From: a virus
IMG/VR virus record: IMGVR_UViG_3300024983_000001
Span: 200,745-257,054 of that record
Strand: one strand, 5' to 3'
DNA: 56,310 bases
Shown here: positions 44,428 to 55,144 of the stretch, piece by piece
How positions within the stretch are numbered: the first letter of the stretch is position 1
How the letters are laid out: the number at the start of each line of letters is the position of its first letter
Notes under the pieces: generated by a model
Told to the model about the DNA's origin: nothing
The model's input: the letters and a program-made list of their open reading frames with translations, nothing else
Database searches by the model: none
Program-made: the position numbers and the translations under genes

Positions 44428-45903
44428 TTAATGATATGTTACTTTGTGGATTTTGTGAGAATATCTTGCTTCTTTGTAGTATTTGACTCGTTCGCGTAGG
44501 TGTTTTCTGGAATAATCCAAGTTACTGCATATGTCTGTTACGTCGACACTGTCCTTGTCTTTTCCTTTACGTAACCCTCTACCAATCACCTGAATTACAC
44601 GAATGAATGACTTACCACCATCGATATACACTAAGTTAAAAATACGATCAATACTTAACCCAACACCTGCAATCTGTACGGTAGCAATAACAATTAAGTT
44701 GTTGTGGGTTTCAAACAAGTCGTAAACAGATTTGCGTACTTTTTGTTTATCTTTACCGTATAGGAAGTGTGCTTCTGGTAATAGTTTTTTCAATTTCTTA
44801 CCAAAAGAAACGCTATTAACTAAGCACAAAACGTTACCTTTGTGTTCGGCAGCTTTTATAGAAAGGTACTCAGCAATCCAACTCAGGCGCGTCGAATCAG
44901 TCTGTAAAAAGGCTGTTTCACTATCAAAACTAATCTTGTCATCGTTTTTGTATAGTTCATTTAATCGTTCAATATCGTCGAGTTGCATAACACTGATGTT
45001 TGGAGTAGCTAACCACCCCTGTTCGATTAATTCATGTGCGGGTATCACATAACGAACAGGACCAATAGCAATACGAACAGCCATTGAGTCTGTTTTGCCC
45101 TTAGGTAATGTGCCAGTTAGCCCGAAACGGTGTGTTATATGCTTGCCGTGTTCGTTCAACAGATTAGTTAATATCTTACCCTTTAAACCATGACATTCAT
45201 CAACAACCACAACCTGAAAGCTTTTCATTAATTGAGGATAGTTTTGAAGTGCTTGCCATGTTGATACAATGTGCTGATGTTTTAAATCTTTGATCTCACC
45301 GTCGTAACGGCCAACGTCGAGGCCAAACGTTTTAAAGGTATCAACGGTTTGTCCAATGAGAGACACGGATGGCACAATAGTTATACTGCGTAAATTGTGG
45401 TTTTTACCATAGTGGTCTATAAGAATGGTGTTGATGGTTGTTTTTCCAGCGCCGGTGCCAGCAATTATGATACCAAAACCTTCAGCAAACAACTCGTTGA
45501 GACCTTCGACTTGATAGGGGCGAACTGTGTATGGTTTATCTGTTTTTGGGTCTATAAAACCGCTTAGGTAAGTGGCATCTATTGGAGGAACATCACAGTA
45601 ATTGTTTACACGACGATCTTCAATATTAACTTTGTAACCAAATTTAACAACTTTCTTCACAATTTCGTCAAGAAGAAGAACATAAGTATGCCCCTCTTTA
45701 GTGAAATAACGAATTTTTCCGTCCCAAATACCAATTTTGTATTTTGGGGTAAAGAAATAGTTATCTGTGAAGATTCCATATTCTTCATAAAAGTACATGA
45801 GGTGGTCAGGATGTAATCCTGTCACAATACAATTTACTTCATCTTGAATAATTATCTTGACCTTTTTAGCAAAGGTTTTCTCTACAAGTCGTTCTTCTGA
45901 CAT
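44428..45903 (-). CDS. uvsW: SF2 DNA helicase UvsW-like
   Basis: WDGKIR, RPYQ, GTGAGKT, VVVDECH, GLTGT, QVIGRGLR. Confidence 0.9.
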   Translation of the reverse strand: MSEERLVEKTFAKKVKIIIQDEVNCIVTGLHPDHLMYFYEEYGIFTDNYFFTPKYKIGIWDGKIRYFTKEGHTYVLLLDEIVKKVVKFGYKVNIEDRRVNNYCDVPPIDATYLSGFIDPKTDKPYTVRPYQVEGLNELFAEGFGIIIAGTGAGKTTINTILIDHYGKNHNLRSITIVPSVSLIGQTVDTFKTFGLDVGRYDGEIKDLKHQHIVSTWQALQNYPQLMKSFQVVVVDECHGLKGKILTNLLNEHGKHITHRFGLTGTLPKGKTDSMAVRIAIGPVRYVIPAHELIEQGWLATPNISVMQLDDIERLNELYKNDDKISFDSETAFLQTDSTRLSWIAEYLSIKAAEHKGNVLCLVNSVSFGKKLKKLLPEAHFLYGKDKQKVRKSVYDLFETHNNLIVIATVQIAGVGLSIDRIFNLVYIDGGKSFIRVIQVIGRGLRKGKDKDSVDVTDICSNLDYSRKHLRERVKYYKEARYSHKIHKVTYH

Positions 45904-45905
45904 TT

Positions 45906-46376
45906 TTAAACCACAAAGTCTCCCAAATCAGCAATTCTGATACGGGTAATATTGTTCAAGGCATATCCCCTTGCTTTGAATGAATCAACTGCTGACTCAT
46001 ACTTTTCATACAACTCACGAATTTCTAAAAATAATTCATTGGCTGTCAAATAAGCCTTTTCGTGATTAATATATTGTTCTTTGTCTTTTGGACTTAATTC
46101 GCGTGAATAATTTTCGTTGTAGTCTTTCCACAATTTGCCACGAACCTTATCGACATACATTTCCATATAACGGACAACAGCATGAAGTTCTACACGCCTT
46201 TCATCATAATAGCTTAGCCACGATGCTTGTTCAAAGTTTGCCATTTCTAAACGCTTACCTTTAATAGTAAGATTTTCTTTGAAATTCGAAAGGTACTCTT
46301 CGTAAACTTCAACAATAGTAGGAATGTTGGTTATGCTTTCACGTACAAGAGTTAAAGCATTTACAGTGTTGTCCAT
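45906..46376 (-). CDS. uvsY: recombination mediator UvsY-like
   Basis: Helical 156-aa protein next to uvsW; C-terminal F.ARGY.L.NI..IR pattern. Confidence 0.6.
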   Translation of the reverse strand: MDNTVNALTLVRESITNIPTIVEVYEEYLSNFKENLTIKGKRLEMANFEQASWLSYYDERRVELHAVVRYMEMYVDKVRGKLWKDYNENYSRELSPKDKEQYINHEKAYLTANELFLEIRELYEKYESAVDSFKARGYALNNITRIRIADLGDFVV

Positions 46377-46934
46377 TTAGTGCAAGGTCCTTTTTTTATA
46401 AGGGGATAAAAATGTTGGTGTTGATGTTGATGATTCGCTAAAATATTCGTCAAGGTCGCTGGCTTCTTCACGTAATATATCTAACAAATCCGGACTAATA
46501 TCCTCACCCTCGGCTAACAACAAGTCAATATCTTGTCCGTCATCAGCATCACTTATTAACTCAGATAAAGTTCGCTTGCCGGCTGGGGTCGGTGATTTTG
46601 CAGGACGAATTTTTTCCATCTCAGTCAAAAATCGAATAACTGCGTTTTTGGAAGCGGCACTCACGATTTCGAATGGGATTCCGATAGTTAACAATCGGAT
46701 CTGTGATTCGTGTTGTTGTGTTGGATCAATGCCATCTTCAAAGATGCGTGCAATAATCACAATCATATTGCTCGAGTTTACATCAACACTATCCCACGAA
46801 ATATTGTGGGGATTTTCGTTCAGAAACTCAACGATAGCTTCATATACAAAATCAATATGTTTGGAAATGTTTGTTGTGGCTTGTTCAAACGCAGTATCAC
46901 GCCGTTCAAACAGTCTTAATAATTCCTCTATCAT
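46377..46934 (-). CDS. hypothetical protein
   Basis: AAGGA RBS, clean ORF. Confidence 0.65.
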   Translation of the reverse strand: MIEELLRLFERRDTAFEQATTNISKHIDFVYEAIVEFLNENPHNISWDSVDVNSSNMIVIIARIFEDGIDPTQQHESQIRLLTIGIPFEIVSAASKNAVIRFLTEMEKIRPAKSPTPAGKRTLSELISDADDGQDIDLLLAEGEDISPDLLDILREEASDLDEYFSESSTSTPTFLSPYKKRTLH

Positions 46935-47082
46935 TTTTATCCTTTTTGTTTTTATTTTTGATAAGTTATGACAACTTTACACCAAATAAGTTTATCAATC
47001 AACAGCAATTGCCACAAACCTATTTATTTAACAAAAAGAAACCACGGCGATGCGTGGTGTCTTTATCGGATTTAATTGGGTA

Positions 47083-48183
47083 TCATTCCTCGTCTGCGGC
47101 TTGACGCTGCTTGCGTCTTGCTTTAGTGTCAGATGATTTTTCGACTTGGTTAGAATCAACATCAGTATCAGATACAGATGCTTTAAGGAATGCATTACCC
47201 ATAGTCTCAGCCTTGACTAAGATTTTTTCAGCATAGTTGGCGATGTCCTTAGCAAACCACGTATCATCTTCACCGACAAACGAATAGCGTGAACCCTTTT
47301 TCTCAATAACATTCAAAGATAATGCTACCTCCAACAAGCCCGACAGTGGGTCCATTCCTGTATCGTAAGGAACTTCAACTGTAACAGACTGAAACGGCTT
47401 GGTGAAACGGGTTTTGAATCCTTCTGCTTTCATCCTAATGCCTGTGATATCCTTGTTCTCATCTTTGAGTTTGAGTTTGGTGAGCAGTACAATCTGCGAA
47501 AGAGCATAACGAATAGCTTGGTTGACAACCCATACGCCTTCACCTGCAAGAATTTGTTGTGCAGTTGCTTGATATACCTGTGCCGTGACGGCCATAGCTA
47601 CATTCTTACCCTTGATGGCTTGAACAAATTGACGAAGCATTTGTTTGAGTTGCTTCGCCCGCAAACCCTGATCGCTTGATGAGTCACCTTTTGTGAAGTG
47701 TTCAAGCTCAGATTCGGTTGATAACATGTCCAAACTATCGATGGCAATGAATACTTGTGGTGCGTTTGGATCATTGCCATACTCAGCATCATAACCTTTC
47801 AAGAAGGTGGAAACAACTTTGATAACTTGTGGAATTGTGGTGACGGATTTGTACAGATAGTTGTTTTCAACATCCACACCAATCTTTGTCATATAATCAT
47901 CATCAAGAGCATTTTCAGAGTCAATAACCAACACAAATGCACCACTATCTTGTGCGCTTTTGACCGCATTACCAATTACGAAACTTTTACCTGAGCCAGA
48001 CGGCCCAACCAATCCAGTGATACGACCTTGTGGGAAGCCGTTAAAGAAACTACCCGAAAGAATTCTGTTTAAACAATAATTGCCTGTTGGATACCAATAT
48101 CTTGGGGGTTCAGACGAGCCTCCTATGCCTTCGACTTTATCCATTGCCTTTTCGAAGTCTTTTAAAAATGACATACTAGCCAT
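47083..48183 (-). CDS. uvsX: RecA/UvsX recombinase
   Basis: TGNYCLN..LSG..GFPQGRI..L.GPSGSGKS, IDSENALD, IDSL, KTRF.KPF. Confidence 0.92.
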   Translation of the reverse strand: MASMSFLKDFEKAMDKVEGIGGSSEPPRYWYPTGNYCLNRILSGSFFNGFPQGRITGLVGPSGSGKSFVIGNAVKSAQDSGAFVLVIDSENALDDDYMTKIGVDVENNYLYKSVTTIPQVIKVVSTFLKGYDAEYGNDPNAPQVFIAIDSLDMLSTESELEHFTKGDSSSDQGLRAKQLKQMLRQFVQAIKGKNVAMAVTAQVYQATAQQILAGEGVWVVNQAIRYALSQIVLLTKLKLKDENKDITGIRMKAEGFKTRFTKPFQSVTVEVPYDTGMDPLSGLLEVALSLNVIEKKGSRYSFVGEDDTWFAKDIANYAEKILVKAETMGNAFLKASVSDTDVDSNQVEKSSDTKARRKQRQAADEE

Positions 48184-48291
48184 TATATTCTCCTCATTAT
48201 ATTTATTTTTAGGGTGATACCATCAACTACCATTGCAGCAATTTGTGTATCAAGATTTGTTAAAAATCTCATTTTGCGAATACGTTTGATG

Positions 48292-48317
48292 GGTGGGAGT
48301 CCGAACGGACTCCCACC
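48292..48317 (-). other. stable hairpin (UUCG loop on the minus strand) downstream of the SSB gene
   Basis: GGTGGGAGTCCG-AA-CGGACTCCCACC. Confidence 0.6.
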
Positions 48318-48328
48318 ATTGTGGAGAA

Positions 48329-49243
48329 TTAACCCTTGTTAGCGCGACGCTTACGAATTTCTTCGAGGATGCGGTCGGCATCATCGTCATCGTCCGTGCC
48401 ATCTTCCTCAACCTTTTCAGCTGCAGGTTTAGCAACTTTGGCAGGAGCAGGTTTGGCTTTTTCAACTTTTGGAGCAGGAACATCATCGTCATCGCCATCA
48501 TCGTCAACCTTAGTTGGACGCTCACCAGTTTTGTATTCGGTGCCGTTCATAGCTGCTTCCAACATAGCCTCGACCTTTTCAAGACCAGGATTCTTGGGAA
48601 GAAGAGTCGACAGATCAATCAACTGACCTTTAACGTTTTCGATGGTGTCGTCGTCAAGAGCACTGGCATGTTTTGCAAATTTGCTAGTTGCATAGGAGGC
48701 ATATTCACCTTGTTCCTTCTTTTTAACGATGAAGTTAGTACCATTTTCGTAGTCGAAGGGGATGTCTTCGAGATCACCATCTTCAAAGGCTGCTTTGATA
48801 AGATCATAAATCTGATTACCAAGTGCAATGAAACGAACTTTACCTTCATGAGTTTCGCTTGTTTCTTTGTCAGCAGGAAGAGGATCCTCAACAACTAATA
48901 CTTGACCGATGTATTGCTTTTTCTTCCAATACTTCTTACCATTATCCTTATCTTCTGCTTTGTAGTAAGCAGCAGATACTTTGCAGATTGGACAATCTTC
49001 GCCATACATTTTCAAGCATGGCACGGACTTCTTTTCGCCATTGATGGTAAGAGTGTGCATGTGTTTTTCAACAAGGAACCCCATTGGGTTGTCGGTGTTT
49101 TTGTCAGGAAGGAAACGAATTGTTGCTTGTTCACCAATTTTCATATTCCAGAACGGAAAGTAGTTGTTTGGTAGATTGCCGCCTTCATTGGTATCAGGCT
49201 TTTTGAATTGTGCTTTGAGTGCTTCTAATGTAAGTTTTCCCAT
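48329..49243 (-). CDS. single-stranded DNA-binding protein (T4 gp32-like)
   Basis: IRFLP, H..CLKMYGEDCPIC zinc site, G.NF..KK, Y..SKF, acidic C-terminal tail. Confidence 0.88.
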   Translation of the reverse strand: MGKLTLEALKAQFKKPDTNEGGNLPNNYFPFWNMKIGEQATIRFLPDKNTDNPMGFLVEKHMHTLTINGEKKSVPCLKMYGEDCPICKVSAAYYKAEDKDNGKKYWKKKQYIGQVLVVEDPLPADKETSETHEGKVRFIALGNQIYDLIKAAFEDGDLEDIPFDYENGTNFIVKKKEQGEYASYATSKFAKHASALDDDTIENVKGQLIDLSTLLPKNPGLEKVEAMLEAAMNGTEYKTGERPTKVDDDGDDDDVPAPKVEKAKPAPAKVAKPAAEKVEEDGTDDDDDADRILEEIRKRRANKG

Positions 49244-49462
49244 TTTTATTCTCTTTTCTCTTAAAATTATTTTGTTTTTGGGAGAGATGTGACCCTATGT
49301 CACTTGTTTTTTAAGTTGGCAAACTCTTCACCAACCGGATGATTTTTAAACTACAAAATAGATCATACCAAAACTATTTTTGAAAGGCAACAAAATTTTC
49401 ATTTGATGTCCTACTTCTTTATTTATGCGTTATGTTTGAAAAGTTACCTTTAAATTGAACTG

Positions 49463-50983
49463 TTATGGTACCGCTATAATAACAACCTTTCCTACTTGAT
49501 TTGCTGTAAACGAAACAATGATATTGTTAAGATCAACAAACGATACATCAGCTGGAAAAATTGGTTGCCAACCTGTTGTTGGGTTGCCAATAGGGTTAAT
49601 GTACACATTAAAAATTAAATTAGTTGTGTTTAAATTGTGTGCAACAGACCAACTAGTGGAGGAAGTTGTCTGTAAATGAACATAATGTGTAACAGTAGAT
49701 GCTGAAGTAACAGCTGTGTCAACATATTGTTTGGTTGCTACTTCAAAGTCAGTAGCAGGGTTACGGCTAACCGTAACCGTACCTTTTGTGGTAGCCATGT
49801 TGCCTGTAGGCCCATCCAAAATAATAAAATCTGTTGCCCCATCATCGAGTGTTAGGCGTGCATTGCCAACGTTTATGTTACTGTTTGTGTTTAATACACC
49901 TGATACAATGTTTAGTCCTGTATTGGTGAGGGTCATTGCTGTACCATTGCTATGAATAACAACGCTTGTTGCTCCTGACGAAGCAGTAAAATCGCCAGAC
50001 ATTGTTATACCAGCAGAACCTGTAAGGGTTAAAGTTCCTGTCATGGTGTCACCAGCAACGCTCACTGAAGTATTGTCGACATACTGTTTGGTAGCAGCTC
50101 CAAGCGCAACAGTTGGATCGCCGCTTAATATCAACAAACCAGTCATTGTGTCGCCAGATTTAGAAACGACATTACTTAGGGTAGGAACAGAGCTGTCCAC
50201 GTACGCTTTGGTCACGTATTCTTGGTTATTTGTAAATGATGTCTGTTTGGTGATGGTTGAACCAGTTGTGAAGTTGAATGACAAGGCGGCTGGAGAGGCA
50301 ACTTCATTCAAATACTTACCAAATTCGAGTAGTGTGGTACCAAAAGTGTACGTAATATTCGTACGTTGATTTGAATTATCGACAAAGTCGAGATACGCAA
50401 ATGACGAATCATTTGATTTTAAACTCATACCTACTTGAGCTGTAGCACCAAGGCGTAAAATACCAGTTGCACCCACGGTTGTCCCGGCAGCTTCTTTTCC
50501 AATAATATATGGATAAACAGTTAATGCCCCCGACATTGTATCACCTGTTTTGGACACTAACCCCGCTAGACTGGGAACGGATGCATCAACATATTGTTTC
50601 GTTGCGGCCTGAAGAGCACCAGTTGGATCAGCTGACAAAACCAACGGGCCCGTCATTGTGTCGCCAGATTTGGCAACAACAGTGGATAAGTCAGTGGTGT
50701 CAACAATTAATTGTCCATTAACAACCATGCCCGCAATGCGTTGAATAGCGCCATACACAGCTGGTAATTCTGGTACAGAGCCTGTAAAAACAATCGATGA
50801 ATCGTATTGAATCGTGCCAAGTCTTGTTGTACCTTGAGCAATTACAACCGATACGGTTTGACCATTAAACAAATTACCCACTGCAAGCATTATATTTTGG
50901 TCAACAGTGTTTTCGAGATCGATCAGATACGAATCTTTAGATGGATTATCAAGAAAGATGGTGGTGCTAAGTATAACTTGCAT
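49463..50983 (-). CDS. tail fibre-like structural protein
   Basis: Multiple GDTMTG.L.LS.DP..AL.AATKQYVD repeats; C-terminal W.V.HNL domain. Confidence 0.75.
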   Translation of the reverse strand: MQVILSTTIFLDNPSKDSYLIDLENTVDQNIMLAVGNLFNGQTVSVVIAQGTTRLGTIQYDSSIVFTGSVPELPAVYGAIQRIAGMVVNGQLIVDTTDLSTVVAKSGDTMTGPLVLSADPTGALQAATKQYVDASVPSLAGLVSKTGDTMSGALTVYPYIIGKEAAGTTVGATGILRLGATAQVGMSLKSNDSSFAYLDFVDNSNQRTNITYTFGTTLLEFGKYLNEVASPAALSFNFTTGSTITKQTSFTNNQEYVTKAYVDSSVPTLSNVVSKSGDTMTGLLILSGDPTVALGAATKQYVDNTSVSVAGDTMTGTLTLTGSAGITMSGDFTASSGATSVVIHSNGTAMTLTNTGLNIVSGVLNTNSNINVGNARLTLDDGATDFIILDGPTGNMATTKGTVTVSRNPATDFEVATKQYVDTAVTSASTVTHYVHLQTTSSTSWSVAHNLNTTNLIFNVYINPIGNPTTGWQPIFPADVSFVDLNNIIVSFTANQVGKVVIIAVP

Positions 50984-51015
50984 TAAATTTTCTCCAATTT
51001 ATTAATTATTTACTG

Positions 51016-53205
51016 TTACGCCAATAAACCGACGAGTGTCACGAGTTCATATCTGTTGTTCCAAACAACATCACCTACATCATCAGTAGATAGTACTTGT
51101 TGTGGTGTTCCGGGTGTTATTGCAACGGCGTGAGCATCAACATACTGCTTTGTAGCAGCCTGTAATGCAGCAGTAGGATCATTTGCGAGAACCAACGGAC
51201 CAGTCATTGTATCGCCAGCTTTTGATACTTTCGACAAATCTTGGCTATCAACATACTGCTTTGTTGCTGCGTGTAGAGCAGCAGTAGGATTGGCATTTAA
51301 CGTTAGCGGGCCAGACATTACACTACCAGCTAGTTGCACATAAACAGTATCATGATTGTGTGTTGCTAATGAAAATGAACTGGCATGCAATCCATCTAAC
51401 AGGTCAGCATTTAATGTGCTGCCGCTACCATCGATAACATTTAAAACGTTGCCTGATAATTGCAGATGTGCGCCAGGTTGAATAGCCTGAGGACCACTAA
51501 ACTCAATCCATTTCGCATTAACGGCATCGTATACATATTGATGAAAACTGTGTAATGAGTTGGCATTGCTTACAAACACAGCATTATTTCCAATTGGTGT
51601 GTAAAACGTCCAAGAAGATGTGGACTGATTCCAAACGGCTATTTGGTTCTTTTTGTTGAGGAATGTGCCAGATGGTGTTGATGTCGACTCCATCGCGATA
51701 CCAATTCGTCCAGCATCAACTGGTAATCCTAAATCCGTCCAAGCTGTTCCACTCCATCGCACCAAATGACCATCCAGTCCTATCCAGGCCCCTGTACCAC
51801 CGGTTGCAACAACATAAACGTCGGTATAGCCTGGTGAGGTTGGTGGGGTGTTGAGATTGTCGGCAATAAGATTTACGTATAATATTGGATTTATCCACAT
51901 CAAACCACTAACACGTGAGTCAACATATTGTTTTGTTGCGGCTTGTAATATAGATGTTGGGTCGGCCGAAAGTGTTAACGGTCCCGTGAGTACACCGCCC
52001 GTCAAGTTAAGTTTATTATCTTCGAGACTGTTAATGGCTGCTTGAGCTGTACCAGTTGCAATGTTGCCGTGACCTATGTACGAGACTTCAGTTGCTGCGT
52101 GGGTGTGAGCAGTAGGTGTTCGAGCGTTGGTTAGACGTGGATCATTAGCACCAACAGCAATAGGGTTGGCGGAGTCCACAGGGGCGGTAGCCAATAAAAC
52201 TGTACCCAATACAGCAGTAGATGCAGGGGAGATATTAGCTGATGCACTTCCAGGGGCGCCGGTTGCACCGCGGCCACCCATGCCTTGATCAAATATAATA
52301 GTGTCGTTAGCAACAACACGAGCAATTGGCACAGCAGAAGGACGAAGAGAGTTGATGGTGTTAGGATCAACATCAGTTAGTTGACCAGCAACATCTACCC
52401 ACAACGGCGCATTAATGGTGGCCCAATTCCAAGATGGGTTGATGATAACACCCTGCAAAATAATATTAACAGCATCACCAAAGAGAACATTATCCGTAAC
52501 TAATGCAATGACTGTATTGCTAATGTCTTCATAACGAGCTAAACCTATGCGACCAAATGTGTTGTACTTTACAACACTGTATGCTGGGATTGATTCATCA
52601 GCAATTGCGGAAATTACAGTTGACTCCAACTTGGCTGTTTGTATTGAAGAACCATCAACAAAAAATTGGTCTTCGGTGGTTAAAAATTTACCATTTGACT
52701 GACGTATAGCAACTCCAACACCATCAAACAAAATTCTTCCAGACAAATATGATGTAGCAACTCCAACTTGTGTTCCAACAGGATAATATGTAAACGTATT
52801 TGAACCAGAAAGTTGAGCGACGAAAACGCGGATGTATTCGACCCAAACCGAACCCGACCAGACCTTCATGGTCATTGTATTTGTATCGAACCAGTGTTGA
52901 TTTACGACGGGAGAAACAGGAGCTACTACGTTATCGATAGGTTCAAGGGTTGTTTGGCCAAATGTTCGTTCGCCTGTTACTTTATTGATATCTACATATA
53001 ACCAATAATCAACTCCTGTAGTTAGCCCCGTCCATGCAGTATATGGACCAGAATTTTGGGGTTCGGTGTGATAATACTCAGCAACGCCGTTGGATAATGT
53101 TGCAACAATTGGTCCATTTGCGGTTGATATAACAACATCATTGATTATTTTTTGTAGATAATCTGCTGGGTATTGTACTAATCCTTGTCGAAAGGTCAAT
53201 CTCAT
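51016..53205 (-). CDS. tail fibre/baseplate-like structural protein
   Basis: QHWFD, DPRL.NAR.P..HTH, ADLLDG.H, three AATKQYVD repeats. Confidence 0.75.
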   Translation of the reverse strand: MRLTFRQGLVQYPADYLQKIINDVVISTANGPIVATLSNGVAEYYHTEPQNSGPYTAWTGLTTGVDYWLYVDINKVTGERTFGQTTLEPIDNVVAPVSPVVNQHWFDTNTMTMKVWSGSVWVEYIRVFVAQLSGSNTFTYYPVGTQVGVATSYLSGRILFDGVGVAIRQSNGKFLTTEDQFFVDGSSIQTAKLESTVISAIADESIPAYSVVKYNTFGRIGLARYEDISNTVIALVTDNVLFGDAVNIILQGVIINPSWNWATINAPLWVDVAGQLTDVDPNTINSLRPSAVPIARVVANDTIIFDQGMGGRGATGAPGSASANISPASTAVLGTVLLATAPVDSANPIAVGANDPRLTNARTPTAHTHAATEVSYIGHGNIATGTAQAAINSLEDNKLNLTGGVLTGPLTLSADPTSILQAATKQYVDSRVSGLMWINPILYVNLIADNLNTPPTSPGYTDVYVVATGGTGAWIGLDGHLVRWSGTAWTDLGLPVDAGRIGIAMESTSTPSGTFLNKKNQIAVWNQSTSSWTFYTPIGNNAVFVSNANSLHSFHQYVYDAVNAKWIEFSGPQAIQPGAHLQLSGNVLNVIDGSGSTLNADLLDGLHASSFSLATHNHDTVYVQLAGSVMSGPLTLNANPTAALHAATKQYVDSQDLSKVSKAGDTMTGPLVLANDPTAALQAATKQYVDAHAVAITPGTPQQVLSTDDVGDVVWNNRYELVTLVGLLA

Positions 53206-53287
53206 AATGTTTTCCTATATAAAGCTGGTAGTTTTATATATTTATGAGATGTTGTGTTTGCTAAATGTTTTTACACACAACCTTTAG

Positions 53288-53782
53288 TTATTTGATCGCT
53301 TCGGGTGGGATTGATACAAATTTTAGTAGTGGGCTTAATAATATGTCGCGGGGTGTGATTCTGTAAGCTACATCTCGTAATAATTGAACACCAGCTTGGG
53401 CAAATGAATAGGCAACCAATTCGCTACAGAACCATGCATCATCATCCTGCCAATCTCGGTTATGTGAAAGAAATGCAGCAATGCCTTTCCAATCATACGG
53501 TTTTCCCACTTGGGATTTTGCAAAATCCAGAACGGAGTCAGGAGCATCAACAACATATCGTTCGACACGTGAATAATGAGCTAGTGGAGGCATGGGATGA
53601 ATTTGTACACCACCCTTACGTAAATAATCCCTCGATACTTTGCCCGAAGGATCCACTGCTAAAGCACCCAACAATGTACCATCCGGTAAAACGAAGTCGA
53701 CATGATTTGCCCATGACCACGTACCCAACTTAATTATTCTAGCGCCGATTTGGTTTGTTGCACTTACTTGAATAGTGATCAT
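53288..53782 (-). CDS. permuted papain-like NlpC/P60 hydrolase (YiiX/YaeF-like)
   Basis: His before Cys: WANHV...QVGKPYDW...WFCSELV...ITP.D. Confidence 0.82.
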   Translation of the reverse strand: MITIQVSATNQIGARIIKLGTWSWANHVDFVLPDGTLLGALAVDPSGKVSRDYLRKGGVQIHPMPPLAHYSRVERYVVDAPDSVLDFAKSQVGKPYDWKGIAAFLSHNRDWQDDDAWFCSELVAYSFAQAGVQLLRDVAYRITPRDILLSPLLKFVSIPPEAIK

Positions 53783-53824
53783 GATAATTACTCCTACTGA
53801 TACACATATTTATTAAACTAGTAC

Positions 53825-54379
53825 TTATTCACCAAAAATAAGCGGCCATCCGGTCAGGTAATTGTATGATGTTGGATCACTACTCGCTTCCATGTTTGTT
53901 CGGTGTTGTTCAGCCACTGCAAATATGGTCATATCGGAGCTAGCAACAGCACTAAAAATTTGAGATGCTAATGTTGGAGTCATCTGGACAAATGTACCAG
54001 TCATTGTCTTCCACATAATGTTAGATGGCATGTTCGTGCCAAACATTACCAAACCGAGTTGTTGTATGCGTGAGTTATCGTCGGAGTGAAACCAATCTGT
54101 ACCAACCTGTACGCCACCAGCTTTTCTTCTATCACGTTCGTTTTTAATTTTCTCCCACATATCATTTTTAGCATCAATCAAATCAGCATTAGATATATTA
54201 ACAGCTGTGTCAGGACTAATAGTGTTTCCGCTATAAATCCAGTGTGCTGGCCCAACCGCTATGCAAGCATTGTAATCACTATAAACCGGATCAACGATCC
54301 AGTCGGTTGTGGGGGTTAGAGTGTTTGGATCAGCTACTTCTTGCCAAACCCATGTTACTTTATTAAAACATAACGACAT
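53825..54379 (-). CDS. DUF4376-like tail fibre assembly protein
   Basis: IK.ERDRR..GGV..WFHSD..SRIQQ..WKTM.G.FV. Confidence 0.72.
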   Translation of the reverse strand: MSLCFNKVTWVWQEVADPNTLTPTTDWIVDPVYSDYNACIAVGPAHWIYSGNTISPDTAVNISNADLIDAKNDMWEKIKNERDRRKAGGVQVGTDWFHSDDNSRIQQLGLVMFGTNMPSNIMWKTMTGTFVQMTPTLASQIFSAVASSDMTIFAVAEQHRTNMEASSDPTSYNYLTGWPLIFGE

Positions 54380-55122
54380 TATAATAGCTCCAATGTGTGA
54401 TAATTTTTAGTCCAGGTGACACCAGAACCACTGAATGTAACAGTTACATTAAAAGTTTGATTTACCGCACTATTAATGGCTGCGTTGTTACCTACCAATA
54501 TAGCTGTAGCTAAAATTTCATCGGTAGCAAGATTACCATCTTGACCCGTTGATGTAGTTCCGGTGCCACCCATTTCAATATGTCCAACGAGCTTTTGTGA
54601 TGTGACCGAATTGTTTGCCAGCAACTCAAATTCAAGATTCCAACCACCCGAGCTACCTTTACCAAAGTTGGATGTAGTATCGGCCCACATGGTAGTACCA
54701 CCGTAAGACACTGCTATAGTGGCAGTGCGACTGGTACCTGATGCATTTGACCATCGTCCGGCCATTTTCAATCTTAGTGCTTTATCGGTGCTTAATGTTC
54801 CACCCGGTACCACATAACTAAAGGTGTTTGTTGGACCAGCAACGGTTATGGTTGCATCGGTTGTAGATTTATCCAAAACATATATTAAATTGGACGGAAG
54901 GGTTGATCCTACCTGTGACCACACGGCACCTTTATAGATATACAGAATATAATTAGTAGTATCTACATACATAGTACCATCACCATATGCTGGTACCGCT
55001 ACAGGTGTTCCAGCGCCCGAAGTTAGTGATGGTATGGTACCACCTACAGAGACAGTAAGTGGATCTCCATTAACATCTGGAACAAGTTGATAACTATGTG
55101 AGCCGAGTACAAGTATTGACAT
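54379..55122 (-). CDS. tail fibre-associated structural protein
   Basis: G.GTP...G.MYVDT..LY.Y..W motif; beta-rich C-terminus. Confidence 0.6.
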   Translation of the reverse strand: MSILVLGSHSYQLVPDVNGDPLTVSVGGTIPSLTSGAGTPVAVPAYGDGTMYVDTTNYILYIYKGAVWSQVGSTLPSNLIYVLDKSTTDATITVAGPTNTFSYVVPGGTLSTDKALRLKMAGRWSNASGTSRTATIAVSYGGTTMWADTTSNFGKGSSGGWNLEFELLANNSVTSQKLVGHIEMGGTGTTSTGQDGNLATDEILATAILVGNNAAINSAVNQTFNVTVTFSGSGVTWTKNYHTLELL

Positions 55123-55144
55123 TTATATTTCCTATTTTGAGTAT

